A stretch of 64,000 nucleotides of DNA. Source: Lama guanicoe (taxonomy: Eukaryota). Under the pieces are notes generated by a model, which was not told where the DNA came from, ran no database searches, and saw only the letters and a list, made by a program, of their open reading frames with translations. The DNA lies in contig MU053493.1 in the NCBI GenBank assembly GCA_013239625.1, positions 1,187,793 through 1,251,792 on the forward strand, given 5' to 3'. The first letter of the stretch is position 1, and each line of letters begins with the position of its first letter. Made by a program: the position numbers and the translations under genes. Of this stretch, positions 45,641-57,180 are shown piece after piece.

Positions 45641-45812
45641 ACAGAATCTTTGTTGTTTTAACGAATCCACCTTGTTGATCTTAAAAAATGCGCATGTGTC
45701 CGTATATTTTGGCATTTTATTTCTTCAGCAGCTGAGTCTTTAAGTAAATATGGGTGATGATTAATGTCATCAAATGCTCCAGAACTTTGAAATTGCTCAG
45801 TGTTGAGAGGGG

Positions 45813-45815
<3 letters not shown>

Positions 45816-45855
<40 letters not shown>
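45816..45855. repeat. (GT)20 microsatellite
   Basis: Directly visible. Confidence 0.96.
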
Positions 45856-45857
<2 letters not shown>

Positions 45858-46463
45858 AATCCCCTAAACTGATACAGATAGTAAAGAGAGCAACCTAGAA
45901 TTCAAACTAGATTGGGTGGAGAAGGTGCTGCTACACTGGGCTTCGAGCTCTGTCAGATAACATATCCCTCATCATCTTAGCAAACTGCCGACAGGTTAAT
46001 ATTTTATATAAATAAAACTCCATCTTCAGTTTCCTGCCCTCTGTAACACTGAGCAGAATATCTGCCAAATAAGAGTTGTTCATTCAGTGTTTGTGGAATT
46101 ATGTATATTCATATATATGTAATTATAATAGCCAGATGATATCAACATTGATCAAGAAAATCAGCTAAAAATCGAAAATATACAGGAAAAACACCGCTTT
46201 CAACATTGTTCATGTTGAAACAAGTGCTTAAATCACATTACTTGATAGCATTTAGAGACTTCTTGATTACGTTGCAAATTAACAAATAAAAGTGGTTGTC
46301 CCTATTAACCATAGTTAGAATTTAGCATAGCACATCTTTATGTGTTTGAGCTTAGAAAGTACATTGCAGGAGCCATTTTAACTTTATACATATATGATGT
46401 AAATACGGAATAAGTTTTTCTTTTGAAGACTTTATTATATGCTCTTATTTTAAAAGTATATAT

Positions 46464-47367
46464 CAGTGTTCCCCAACTTTGCCACATATCAGAATCACCC
46501 AGGAACCCTTAAAAAGTACTGCTGTCTGGCTTTCGGCCCCAGCCGTTACGATATGATGGGCATAGAATTTAATCTGTATATTGGGGTTTTTCTTTTTCTT
46601 TTTTAATTGAGGTATAGTTGATTTCCAATGTTGTGCTATAATAGGATTTTTAAAAGTTACCCAGATGATCCTGATACAGGAAAATGGTGCACAAAGAGGT
46701 TGGCCATGTCCCAGGTCTCGGATGAGTCCCTCGGTTGAGCTCCATTTAGTGAGGTTCCTTGGCTTCACATGAGAAGGAATTCAAGAGTGAGCCATAGATG
46801 AGTAAAAGTAGATTTATTCAGAGAGACGTGCACTCCATAGGCAGAGTGTGGGCCGTTGGGAAAGGCGAGGGAGTGGGAGGCCATAAGGCATGCGGGTAGG
46901 TGTTTGGTTTAAAGGGAAAGCAGATACACACACCATAGACAGAGGCTGGCCATCTCAGCTGGAAGGGAGAGCATCCACGAGGTGTGCAGTGCTGCTAGTT
47001 TTCATGGGCTGGGTAACTTCATATGCTAACAAGTGGGAGGACCATCCCAACTGCTTTGGGGAAGGGGCTGGGGTTCCCAGGAATTGGGCCACTGCCCACT
47101 TTTGGACCTTTTGTGGTCAGCCTCGAACTGTCATGGCGCCTGTGGGAGTGCCATTTACCATGCTGATATATTACAATGAGTGAGTGTATAATTAAGCTCA
47201 AGGTCTACTGGAAGTCGGATCTCCCACAGTCTTGGGCCTCAGTGTCTACTGGGAGTTGAATTATCCACCATCTTGGTGCTAATTACGTATTATTCCTTTA
47301 ATGACTGTGCCCTGCCCCTTTCCTTCCTGTCTCAATTCTGTTACACAACAAAGTTTAGGAACCCCTG
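46464..47367. mobile_element. MER5A-like hAT MITE hosting an L1 tail (46587-46636) and a solo LTR
   Basis: cagtgttccccaactttg...cagaatcacc start, aaagtttaggaacccctg end, degenerate 8-bp TSD gtatatat/gtacatgc. Confidence 0.78.
46672..47334 (-). mobile_element. Solo LTR, ERV1-like; same family as 721-1324
   Basis: tgatacagg...cctgtctca; TSD atcc/attc; gatttatt polyA region. Confidence 0.9.
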
Positions 47368-47429
47368 GTACATGCAATGTGTAAATAATCATCAGATGTA
47401 GCATCTGAGCCAACCGCAGTTCTCCTTGA

Positions 47430-48280
47430 TTCCTGGATTTATCCCTTTACTCACTGTGCATTTGCATGAATAAACACCGTACCAACTACCTGTCAGGCAT
47501 TGCGCAGATGCCGGGCACGTAGTGGTGAATGAAAAAGGCATAGCCTTACCGTCAAGCAATGGTAGTGTGGCAGAGGAAGACACACAATATACCAGTAAAT
47601 ACATCAACACTTAAAAATGTTATTAAAGATGGTGGAAAGTGAAGGTCAAGATGGGAAGTTGTTATGGAGGAGGAATGGGGTCCAGGAAGCAAGAGAGCAT
47701 GGCTGAGTCCTCCAAGGCAGGATAGACTATGGCAAGGTCTAAAGACAAACACGAGGCTGATGTGGCCCAAGGGAGAGGCCCAAGAGGAGATCAGAGGGGA
47801 TCATCTGGCACAAGGCTTTGGGGGCCATGCCAGCGACTTTTGCCTTGGACTTGGAACCTTGCGAAGTGGTTGGTTACTTTGAATTAAGCAAGGGAGTAGG
47901 GAGAGGGGGAGACAAAGTACCAATGAACCATTTTAAAAGTTCTTGGTGGAGGCTGTGCATACATTAAATCAAGAAATGCTAGTAGGTGGAGAAGAACAGT
48001 GCTGTGAGAGAGACTGAGGGAAGTGGTTGAATCTACCATGTATTTTGAGGGAGAACCCACTGGAGTAACTGATGAATTACATATGTGCTGCAAGGAAAAG
48101 GAAGGAATCAAAGATAAGTCCAATTCGTACTGAGAAAGTGGGTGAATCTTGATGTCATTTACTGGCAAGGGAGTTAGTTGGTGGGCAATTGGGAATGGAT
48201 GTGGATTTGGGAGTAAAATCAATCATTGATTTAACATATTAAGTTTGAGATGCCTGTTAGACATCTTTGGAGATGACATA
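47430..48280 (-). mobile_element. L2 fragment
   Basis: ggaaaaggaaggaatcaaagataa...ttaagtttgagatgcctgttagacatc, typical antisense L2. Confidence 0.75.
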
Positions 48281-48284
48281 TACC

Positions 48285-51200
48285 CAGTTAAATAAACCAA
48301 GACCAACACTGAGAAACAGAACATTATCAGCTCCCCCAGAAATTTCCTTGTTCACTCTTCTAGAAACTAACCTCCTGAAACTTTTCTAAACTCAAGAATT
48401 AGTTCTGATCATTTTTTTCTGTGAACTTTGGATTTTTCTACATGTAAGCTTATGTCAGGTGTTAATACAGTTAGTTTAGATTTACTCCTGTTAATGTATC
48501 ACAGTTTTTCTTATTTCATTGGCTAAAGCCTCGAGGACATTGCTGATTACAAGGGACAAGAATGGGACATCGTTCATTATATGTAGATGACATAGTGCTA
48601 TATGTAGAAAACCCTACGTAAAGACTATGTAAACCCTATGTAAAGACTCCACACAAAAACTACTAGAACTGATAAATAACTCAGTAAGATAGCAAGTACA
48701 AGATTAACATATGGAAATCTGTTGCATTTCTTTACACTAACAATGAAATATCAGAAAGGGAAAGTAAAAAAAAATTCTCTTAAAATCACATCAAAAAATA
48801 CTTAGGAATAAACCAAAAAGATACATGCACCCCAATGTTCATAGGAGCACCATCTACAACAGCCAAGACATGAAAACAACCTAAATGCTCATCGACAGAT
48901 GACTGTGGTATATATATATAAAATGGAATACTACTCAGTTGTAAATAGGATTGAAATTATGTCATTTGCAGCAACATGGATGGACCTAGATATTTCATAC
49001 TAAGTGAGGTAAGTCAGATAAAGACAGATACCATATGATATCACTTATATGTGGAATCTAAAAATAGTACAAATGAACTTATTTACAAAACAGAAACAGA
49101 CTTACCTGGGAAAAAAAAAAAAACATGGTTACCAAAGGGGAAAGGGATGGGGAAAGGGATGGGGAAGGAGTAAATTAGGAATTTGGGATTAGCAGATACA
49201 ATATAAAATAGATAAACAATAACTTTATACTGTATAGCACAGGAAACTATATTCAACAGCTTGTAATGACCTGTATTGAAAAACAATATGAAAAAGAATG
49301 TATATGTATAACTGAATCACTATGCTGTACACCAAAAACTAACAACATTGGAAATCAACTATACTTCAATTTTTTAAAAAAATGAGACATCCTTGCTTTG
49401 TTCTTGATCTTAGGTGCAAAGCATTCAGTTTTTCCTCATTAAATATATTAGCTGTCAGCTTTTCAGAGATGCCCTTTATCAGGTTGAGAAAGTCCCCTTC
49501 TATTCCTAATTTGTTGAGAATTTTTATCATGAATGGATGTTGGATTTTTTTAATTACTTTCTCTGCATTTTCAGCATCTTCTGAGATTATTATATGGTTT
49601 TTGTCCTTTATTCTCAACATACTATATTACACAGATTTATTTTCAGATATTAAAACCTGAATTGTTGAGATAGATCCAAATTGATCACAACATATAATCT
49701 TTTGTTGTTGCTGAATTTGGTTTTTTCATATTCTCTTAAGGATTTTTTAAGTCATGTTCATGAAGTATATTGGTCTGTAGTTTCTTTTCTTGTGATATCT
49801 TTATCTGGTTCTGATATCAGAATGGTACTGACTTCATAGAATGAGTTGAGAAGTGGTCACTCCTTTACTTTCTGAAAGCATTTTTTAAGGATTAGTGTTA
49901 TTTTTTTATTTAAATATTTGGTAGAATGCACCAGTGAAGCCATTTTAGATTAGGCTTAACTTTTTTTTTATTATCAGTTCAAGTTCTTTACTTGTTATTG
50001 GTCTATTCAGATTTTCTGTTTTCTTCTCATGTAATCTTTGGTAATTTGTGTACATCTAAAAATTTCTCCATAACATGTGAGTTTTCTGATTATTTTGCGT
50101 GAAGTTGTTCACTATATCCCTATGTAATACTTTGGATATGTGTGGATTTGGTACTGTTGTCTCCTCTTTCATTTGTGATTTTTGGTAATTTGTGTCTCTT
50201 CTGTTGAATTCTTGGTCAGTCTGGCTAATGATTTTTCAGTTTTGTTAATATTTTCAAAGAACCAACTTTGACGTTTCCCTTTGTTTTTCTGTTTTCTATG
50301 TCATTGATTTATATTCTGATCTTCACTTTGTCCTTTGTTCTGCTTGTTTTATGTTGAGTTTGCTCATTTTTCTAGTTTCTCAAAATGGAAGCTTAGTTTA
50401 TTTGTTTGATTATCTTCATTTTTGGACACAGCCTTTAGACTTTTTTAGTCCCATTTTTTTACATTAGCATGTTGTATAGTTGACTTTTTTGTGCATAGTG
50501 ATGAGTTTAACACATGAATAGATTTGTTAAACCATGACTACAGGGTAGTTTCATCACCTCATGAGACTCCCTCAAGCTGCCCCTTTGCATTCAGCTCTTC
50601 CTCCATTCTTAACCACTGACCATATTGGTCTGTTCTCTTACCCTACAGTTTTGCTTTTTCCGGATTATCATAGAATTGGTGTCATACAATATGTAGTATT
50701 TGGGGGCTGGCTTCTTTCATTCAGCATAGCACAATTGAGATTTACCCCTGTTTTGTGAATTAATAGTTAATACCTTGTTATTTCTGAATAGCGTGCCATT
50801 GTATGGGTGTACTTCAGTGTCTTCATTCACCCTTTGAGGGATGTCCCCATTTTTGGCTCTCAGAGGTAAAGTGGCTGTGACCATCGATGTACAGGTTTTT
50901 AGGGAACTAAGTTTTCATCTCTCTAGAATAAATACCTAGGAGTGAGACCACTGGACTATGTGTAAGTGTATGTTTCATTGCCAAGCTATATTCAAAGTGG
51001 TTTTTGCTTTGTGGATTTTGAAGCTCTGTTGTTTGGTCCATACATATTTGGGATTGTTATGTCTACTTGGTGAATTGAACTTTCTATCATTACATAACAT
51101 CTGTCTTAATTCTTGGTAATTCCCCCTGCTCTGAAGTCAGCTGTATCTGATGTTAATATAAACACTCCAACTTTCTTTCAGTTAATATTTTCATGGTATA

Positions 51201-53410
51201 TTTTTGCCATCATTTACTTCTGACCTGCCTTTGTCATTGTATTTAAAGTGGGTTTCATGGAGAGAGCGTATCATTGAGTCTTATTTTTTTAACCCATTCC
51301 AGTAATCTGTGTCTTTTAACTGGTATATGTCAACTATTTGCATTTAATGGATTTATTGATAGGTTTGGGTTCAGGTTGACAAAGTTATTATTTGTTTTCT
51401 CTTTGTTCTCTCTTTTTTGTCTGTTTCTCCTTTCCTGTCTTTCTTTGGAATACTTGAATATTTTTTAGCACTTCATTTTAATTTATTTCTTATTCTTTCT
51501 CTTTGTACAATTTTAGTTGATTTCTCTAGAGATTACAGTATTCAAGCTTATCTTTTCACAGTCTGTGTAGAATTAGTATTTTATCACTTCACATGGAATG
51601 TGGAAACCTTACAACCACATAGGTCCCTGACTTTCCCTCTTTATTTGTAAGTTTCTTATGTATTACATGCACATACACTGAAAACCCCATCAGACAGTGT
51701 TATCATTTCTGCTTTTAATCATTATATATACATATAATAGAAATGACCCCCAAAAAAGTCTTTTATGTTTACCCACACATTTGTCATTTCTATTGCTCCT
51801 CATTCTTGATGTTTCAAGTTCCCCTTTCATATCATTTCCCTCCTGTCTGAGGAACTTCCTTCAGCATTTTTTAGAGCCATTCCAGTGACTAATTTTCTTT
51901 ATTTCCCCTCATCTGAGACTATCTGTATTTCATCTTCATTCTTGAAGATTATTTATGCTGGATATAGAATTCTGAGTTAACAGTTCTTTTATGACATCCT
52001 TGAAAAATGTTGTGCCTCTGTGATTTCCGAGAAGAAATCTATAGTCATTCAAATCATTGTTCTTCTAGTCAGAAATGCAGTGATTTTTCCAGGCTGCTGT
52101 CACAATTTTTGCCTTGTATTTGGTTTTCAGCTGTTTGATTATAGTATGTCGGGGATTGGATTTCTTTGATTTTTTTTCCTTCATTTGGAATTAGTTTGAG
52201 TTTCTTGAATCTGTAAGTTTGTCTTTCACTAAATTTGGGGAGATTTCAGCTACTATTTCTTCAAAAATTTTTTTTTCTGCTCTAGACTCTTTCTCTTGGA
52301 ACTCTGATGACACAAATGATCAACATTTTGGGACATTTTTTACAGGTCTCTGAGTCTCTTAATTTTTTTCTCAATATTTTTCTCTCTGATGTTCAGATTA
52401 GACAATTCTATTGATTTCTCTTGCAAGTCAGTGACTCTTTTCTTGTGTTATGTCCATTCTGTGATTGAGCCTGTCCAGTGAATATTTTAGTTTCAGTTAT
52501 TGTATTTTTATTTCTAAAATCTTCATCTGATTCTTCTGTATATCTTTTATTTCTTTGCTGAGACTTTCTACATTTTTAATTGTTTGATCTTACTTCTAGG
52601 AGCATGGTGATAACAGCAGCTAGTGTCTGGTAATTCCAACATTCTTGTCTTCTCAGAGTTGGCATATGCTGATTCTCTTTTTCCCTTACCAGTTGAGATT
52701 TTCCTGGTCATTCATATAACCATGTAATTTGGATTGCATGCTGGACATTTTGAATATTATGGTGTGAAAATCTGGGCCTTGTTTAATTCTAAGGAAGAAG
52801 CCAATTTTTTGTTTTTTGACTTATTTTAGCAGGCAGTTGATCTGGTTAAGTTCCAACTTCAGGTTCTGGCCTTTCTTCTTTGGGATGTGGTTCTAATGTC
52901 AAGTCTGTTTTCAGAGTCTTTACAATGTTACTTGGATCTTCCCAGCTATGTACCACTCAGTGTCAACTCTGGGACCTGGATAGTAGTTAATCTTGTAGTT
53001 CTATTATCAACGTCTTTGTTGTATTAGTTAGGCTTATCCATGCACGCCCAGCCTGGAATTGAGCCAGAAGTCCTATATCACTTTATAGGGTCACTCTCTT
53101 GAGAGCCTCCTCTTTGCAATCTTCCTGACACTTTTTGGCTCTCTTAGCTTCTTCCAGGGCCCTCTAATAAGAAAACTGGGGCTTTAGTATCTCTGCACTG
53201 TTTTGTGCTTTCCATGACTTTACCTGTGTCTGAAGTCAAGTGATGAGAAGACAAAGAGAAAAAGAAGCAATGAGCATTTGCACCAAACCCTTGAGACCAC
53301 AGCTCTTGCGGTCAGAAAGAAGGGTTTTCCTCCTTGAGCATTTTAGCTACATGCCTGGAAGCCACTGCCACCACTCCTGCTGCTGCCAAGTTACAACCTC
53401 TCCACTGGGT
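48285..53410 (-). mobile_element. Composite of old antisense L1 (ORF2, ORF1, 5' region) with nested L1 pieces
   Basis: Minus ORF KDKNHIIIS...KKIQHPFMIKILNKLGIEGDFLNLIKGISEKLTANI..RSRTKQGC (RT domain); a separate 3'UTR-type block at ~50450-51000; T-rich ORF1 at ~51900-52600. Confidence 0.88.
48572..49377 (+). mobile_element. Young L1 insertion with internal deletion, opposite in orientation to its host L1
   Basis: SLYVDDIVLYVENP (FADD motif region), YLGIN fused to KDTCTPMF; TSD aagaatgggacatc / aaaaatgagacatc. Confidence 0.92.
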
Positions 53411-53419
53411 TTTTAACTT

Positions 53420-55530
53420 TCATTTTCTAAAAATCAATTTCTGTTCAGGGATAATTAACATATCATAAAATTCACTTATTTAAAGTGTATGTTATTGAGT
53501 CCAAACTCGTTCTGCTTGCTGCATGACAGACCAATAAATCAGGAGATGAGGTGTTGTGACAAGGAATAGCGACTTTATTTGGAAAGTCAGCAGACCAAGA
53601 AGATGGCACACTTATGTCCTGGAGAACTATCTTACCCAAGTCAGAATCCAGGCTTTTATACTAAAAAGGGGAAGGGGTGTGGTTGGTTGTTGCAAACTTT
53701 TTGGTGTAGGAATTCTTTGCTGTTGGAATCCTTCCTTCTTGCAGCTGTCCAGATGGGTCAGGTCATGGTGCCCCTGTAAAACCTCCCACAAGACAAATGT
53801 TGTCTGTTCTGCGATTTGTTATCTTTATATAAGTGCAAAAGTGTTAATATCCTTAAAGGTCAGAGCCTTGAGAATAGGCTCTCCTGTATATTTCAGGCTA
53901 AAGGCAACATTCTTTTACAAAAGGTGCAGAGCCAGCAAGACTGAGCCTAGAAAACAGGGCACAGGGTTCAAGCCAAAGGAACAGATCTGATAGGGAAGAA
54001 GATTTGTTCTTTTCTATTACATGTACAGTTAATTGGTTTTTAGTTATGCACAGATTTGTGCAACCATCAACAGCTTAGTTTTAGAACATTTTATCACCCC
54101 AAAAAGAAATCCCACACCCTTAATGGTAAGTCCCAGTTGCCTCCCCCCAGTTCCAGGTGACTATTGATCTATTTTCTGTTTTTAAATATTTACCTTTTCT
54201 GAACATTGCATACAAACTGAATCACATAATGTATTATCTTTTGTGATTAGCTTTTTTCACTTAGAATAATGTTTTCAAGGTCCATTCAATGTTGTAGCAT
54301 GTATCAATATTTTATTCTTTTTATTGCTAATAATATTCCATTGTATGGATATACTGCATATTTATCTATTCATCAGTTGATGAACATTTGGATGTTTCTA
54401 CTTTTGGCTATTATGAATAATACTGCTGTGAAAATTGATATACAATTATGTTTTCATTTCTCTTGGGTATATATGTAAGAGCAGAATTACTTGTTCATTT
54501 GGCAGCTCTGCATTTAACCTTTTGAGGAATCACTCAATTTTTTTTCCAAAGTGGATGTATCGTGTTACATTCCCACCAACAGTGTATTGAAGGGTCCAGT
54601 TTCACTACATCCTTGTCAGCACTTGTTATCATCTGTCTTTTTGAGTATAGACATCTTAATAAGTGTGAAGAAGTGTCTCATTGTGGCTTTGATCTGTATT
54701 TCCCTCACGATGCCATTGGGCATCTTTCCATGTAATTATTGACCATTTGTATATGTTCTTTCAGGAACTGTCTATTCAAATCCTTTGCTATCTTTTTTTG
54801 GTTATTTGTCTTTTGATTATTGAGTTGCAATGACTGTTTATATATTCTAGATACAAGTACCTTATCAGATACAGGATTTTTTTTCCAGTTCTATGGATTG
54901 GCTTGTCACATTCTTTATGGTATTCTTTGAACCAAAACCATTTTTAATTTTGATGAAATCCAATTTATTTATTTTTCTTTAGTTGCTTTGGCTTTTCTAT
55001 TATATCTGGAAAAAAAAACCATTGCCTAACCCAAGATCACAAATATTTACTTCCATGTTTTCTTTGAAAAATTTATAGTATTAGCTTTTACTTTTAGGAA
55101 ATCTGTGGTTCATTTTGAGTTAATCTTTGTGTACATTGTGAGGTAGGAATCCAACTTTTTCTTTTAGGATGTTGATATCCAGTTGTCTAAGCATCATTTG
55201 TTGAAAATAACTTTTTCTCTCCACTGAATTGTCTTAACACCTTTGTCAAAAGTCAGTTGACTATTAATGTAAGAGTTTATGCAAATACCACAGCATCTTA
55301 ATTATTTTAGATTTGTAATAAATTTTGAAACTAGTAAATTTGAGACCTCTTTTTCAAGATAGTTTTGACCATTCTTGGTCCCTTGATAATCTTATTACCA
55401 GTTTATCAATTTCTGCAAAAATCCAACAGGGATTGTAATAGGAATGCACTTAATTTTTACATCAGTTTGAGGAGTATTGCCATCTTAGTAATATTAAGTC
55501 TTCTGAGCCATGAACATTGTATGTCTTTCA
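53420..55530 (-). mobile_element. Old L1 (L1MB-like) 3'UTR and ORF2 end, split by a solo LTR
   Basis: cataaaattcacttatttaaagtgta|tgtacagtt continuity across the LTR; cattcccaccaacagtgta..., catccttgtcagcacttg. Confidence 0.9.
53490..54021 (-). mobile_element. Solo LTR, ERV1-like; same family as 44230-44774
   Basis: tgttatt...tattaca; perfect TSD tgta/tgta; minus-strand TATA followed by AATAAA. Confidence 0.92.
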
Positions 55531-55659
55531 ACAGCAGTATTGGAAGCTAGGAGACAGTGTATTAATAACTCCAGGGTGCTCAGTGCAAATACTTGCAAAT
55601 CTAAAATTCTATTCCCAGTGCAAATATCTTTACAAAACGAAAGAGAACGAAGTGAGTAT

Positions 55660-57180
55660 TTAGTGACAGTATAGATAAATCTTCAAAGATTATGGCTGTG
55701 AAGGAGAGCAGAAAAAGGAATGGTAGCTGGAGGGAGATATTAAGTCTATTTTTAGGATGAGAAGTTTGAAAGCACAATCAGGTAGAGAAGGAGAAATTGA
55801 TAATATGGTACAAACTGGGGATAATTGGAGGGACTGGCCCTTAGTAAACCTTTAGTAGGTGAAGAGGGTAGTATACAAAGGAAGATAATGTGAGAGAAAT
55901 ATGAAGGATAAGGGTACAGAAGCTGAAGAATTGCTGATAGGGATATCGTGAGGTTCTCCACAGACCACTGCATGGAGCAGGCAGCAAAGTTGCCAGATGA
56001 GACTGAAGAGACTGTTAGAAATTAACAGGAAATGGGCTGTTGGATATGACTGGAAAGTAAAATGTCTAAGGAAGTACACCAGTTTGGCAGCTTTGAGGGC
56101 TTATTGGACGGATATGGTATAAATCTGAAAAAAGTCCAATCATCAGAGTTTTAAGATTTTTTCCAGCAGTGATGCTGCTGGTAGAGTGCAGAGTAAGTGG
56201 AAGGGAGGGGTAGGAAGATGAGCACAGTGTTATTTGTAAACACATGGCTGTGAGTTGAACCACAGTCTGTTAGTCTGGGCAGTTAGAGCAGTGAGGACTC
56301 AAGGAAGAGGTTGAAGTATGAGAAGTGACACAATTGACAAGATTGGAGTTCCAGAGAAGTGGCAGACTGGCGGACGCACAAAGGACACCTCACAGAAATT
56401 AGAGATTCTCTTTGGAATACTAAGTGACCTACTGAATAAGTTGGTCTTAACTCTGTCTGCACATCCTAATCTCCTGGGGGACTTTAAAAGACGTATCAGT
56501 GGGCTCCAACCCCATTGATTCAGAATCCCTGAACATCTACGGTTTTGAAAAGAGCACAGGTGATTCACATATGCAGACAGAGCTGATCATCAGTACAGCC
56601 AAGCCTGGAGTATTGGGGGACCTTGGGGCTGGAAGGCAGAGATGCTACTTTGTACCACCCCCAACAGCACCACATTCATACAGACCACAGCGACCCTATT
56701 TGGAAGGTTGTAGTGGTTGAGCACATTCTACGATCAACGACCCACTGGAGGAGAAGTAGACACATGAGGGTATTGGGGATTTAAAATATCTAGAGCAGTA
56801 ATTCTCAGCCCTGGGGAGAGTCAGCTTTGAAAAACATCTCAGTGCCGAGACAGCACCCCAGACTAATTACAGCAAAATCAGTGAAGCTCAGGCTAAGCCA
56901 GGACTTAAAAAAACTCCCAAGATATTTCCATTGTTATTCTAGAAGCCTTGTGGAGAGGGCTGTGCCATTTTTTTCAAGATGGGAAACACTGGTTGGAGTG
57001 CAGGTTTGGAAGGAGATTTGATCATTTCTGTTGGGGTCATGTGGGGATTGAGGTATCTGTGCTTCATCCAGGTGGAACTGTCGAAGAGACCATTAGCGCT
57101 AGCTCTGGTGCTCAGGAGAGAAGGCTTAAGCTGAAGTGAGAAAGCTCCCCCACACTGGGGGAATTGTTGATTGCTGTGTA
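55660..57180. mobile_element. L2 remnants with MER5-like insertions (~56440-56600, ~56790-56945)
   Basis: Purine-rich L2-like blocks; ttggtcttaactc...aatctcctgggga...gcacaggtgattcacatatgca and cagtaattctcagccctgg...aaaaactcccaag. Confidence 0.6.

Noticed and set aside
44230..54021. Full-length endogenous retrovirus
   Set aside because: Each LTR has a different TSD and there is no gag/pol/env between them.
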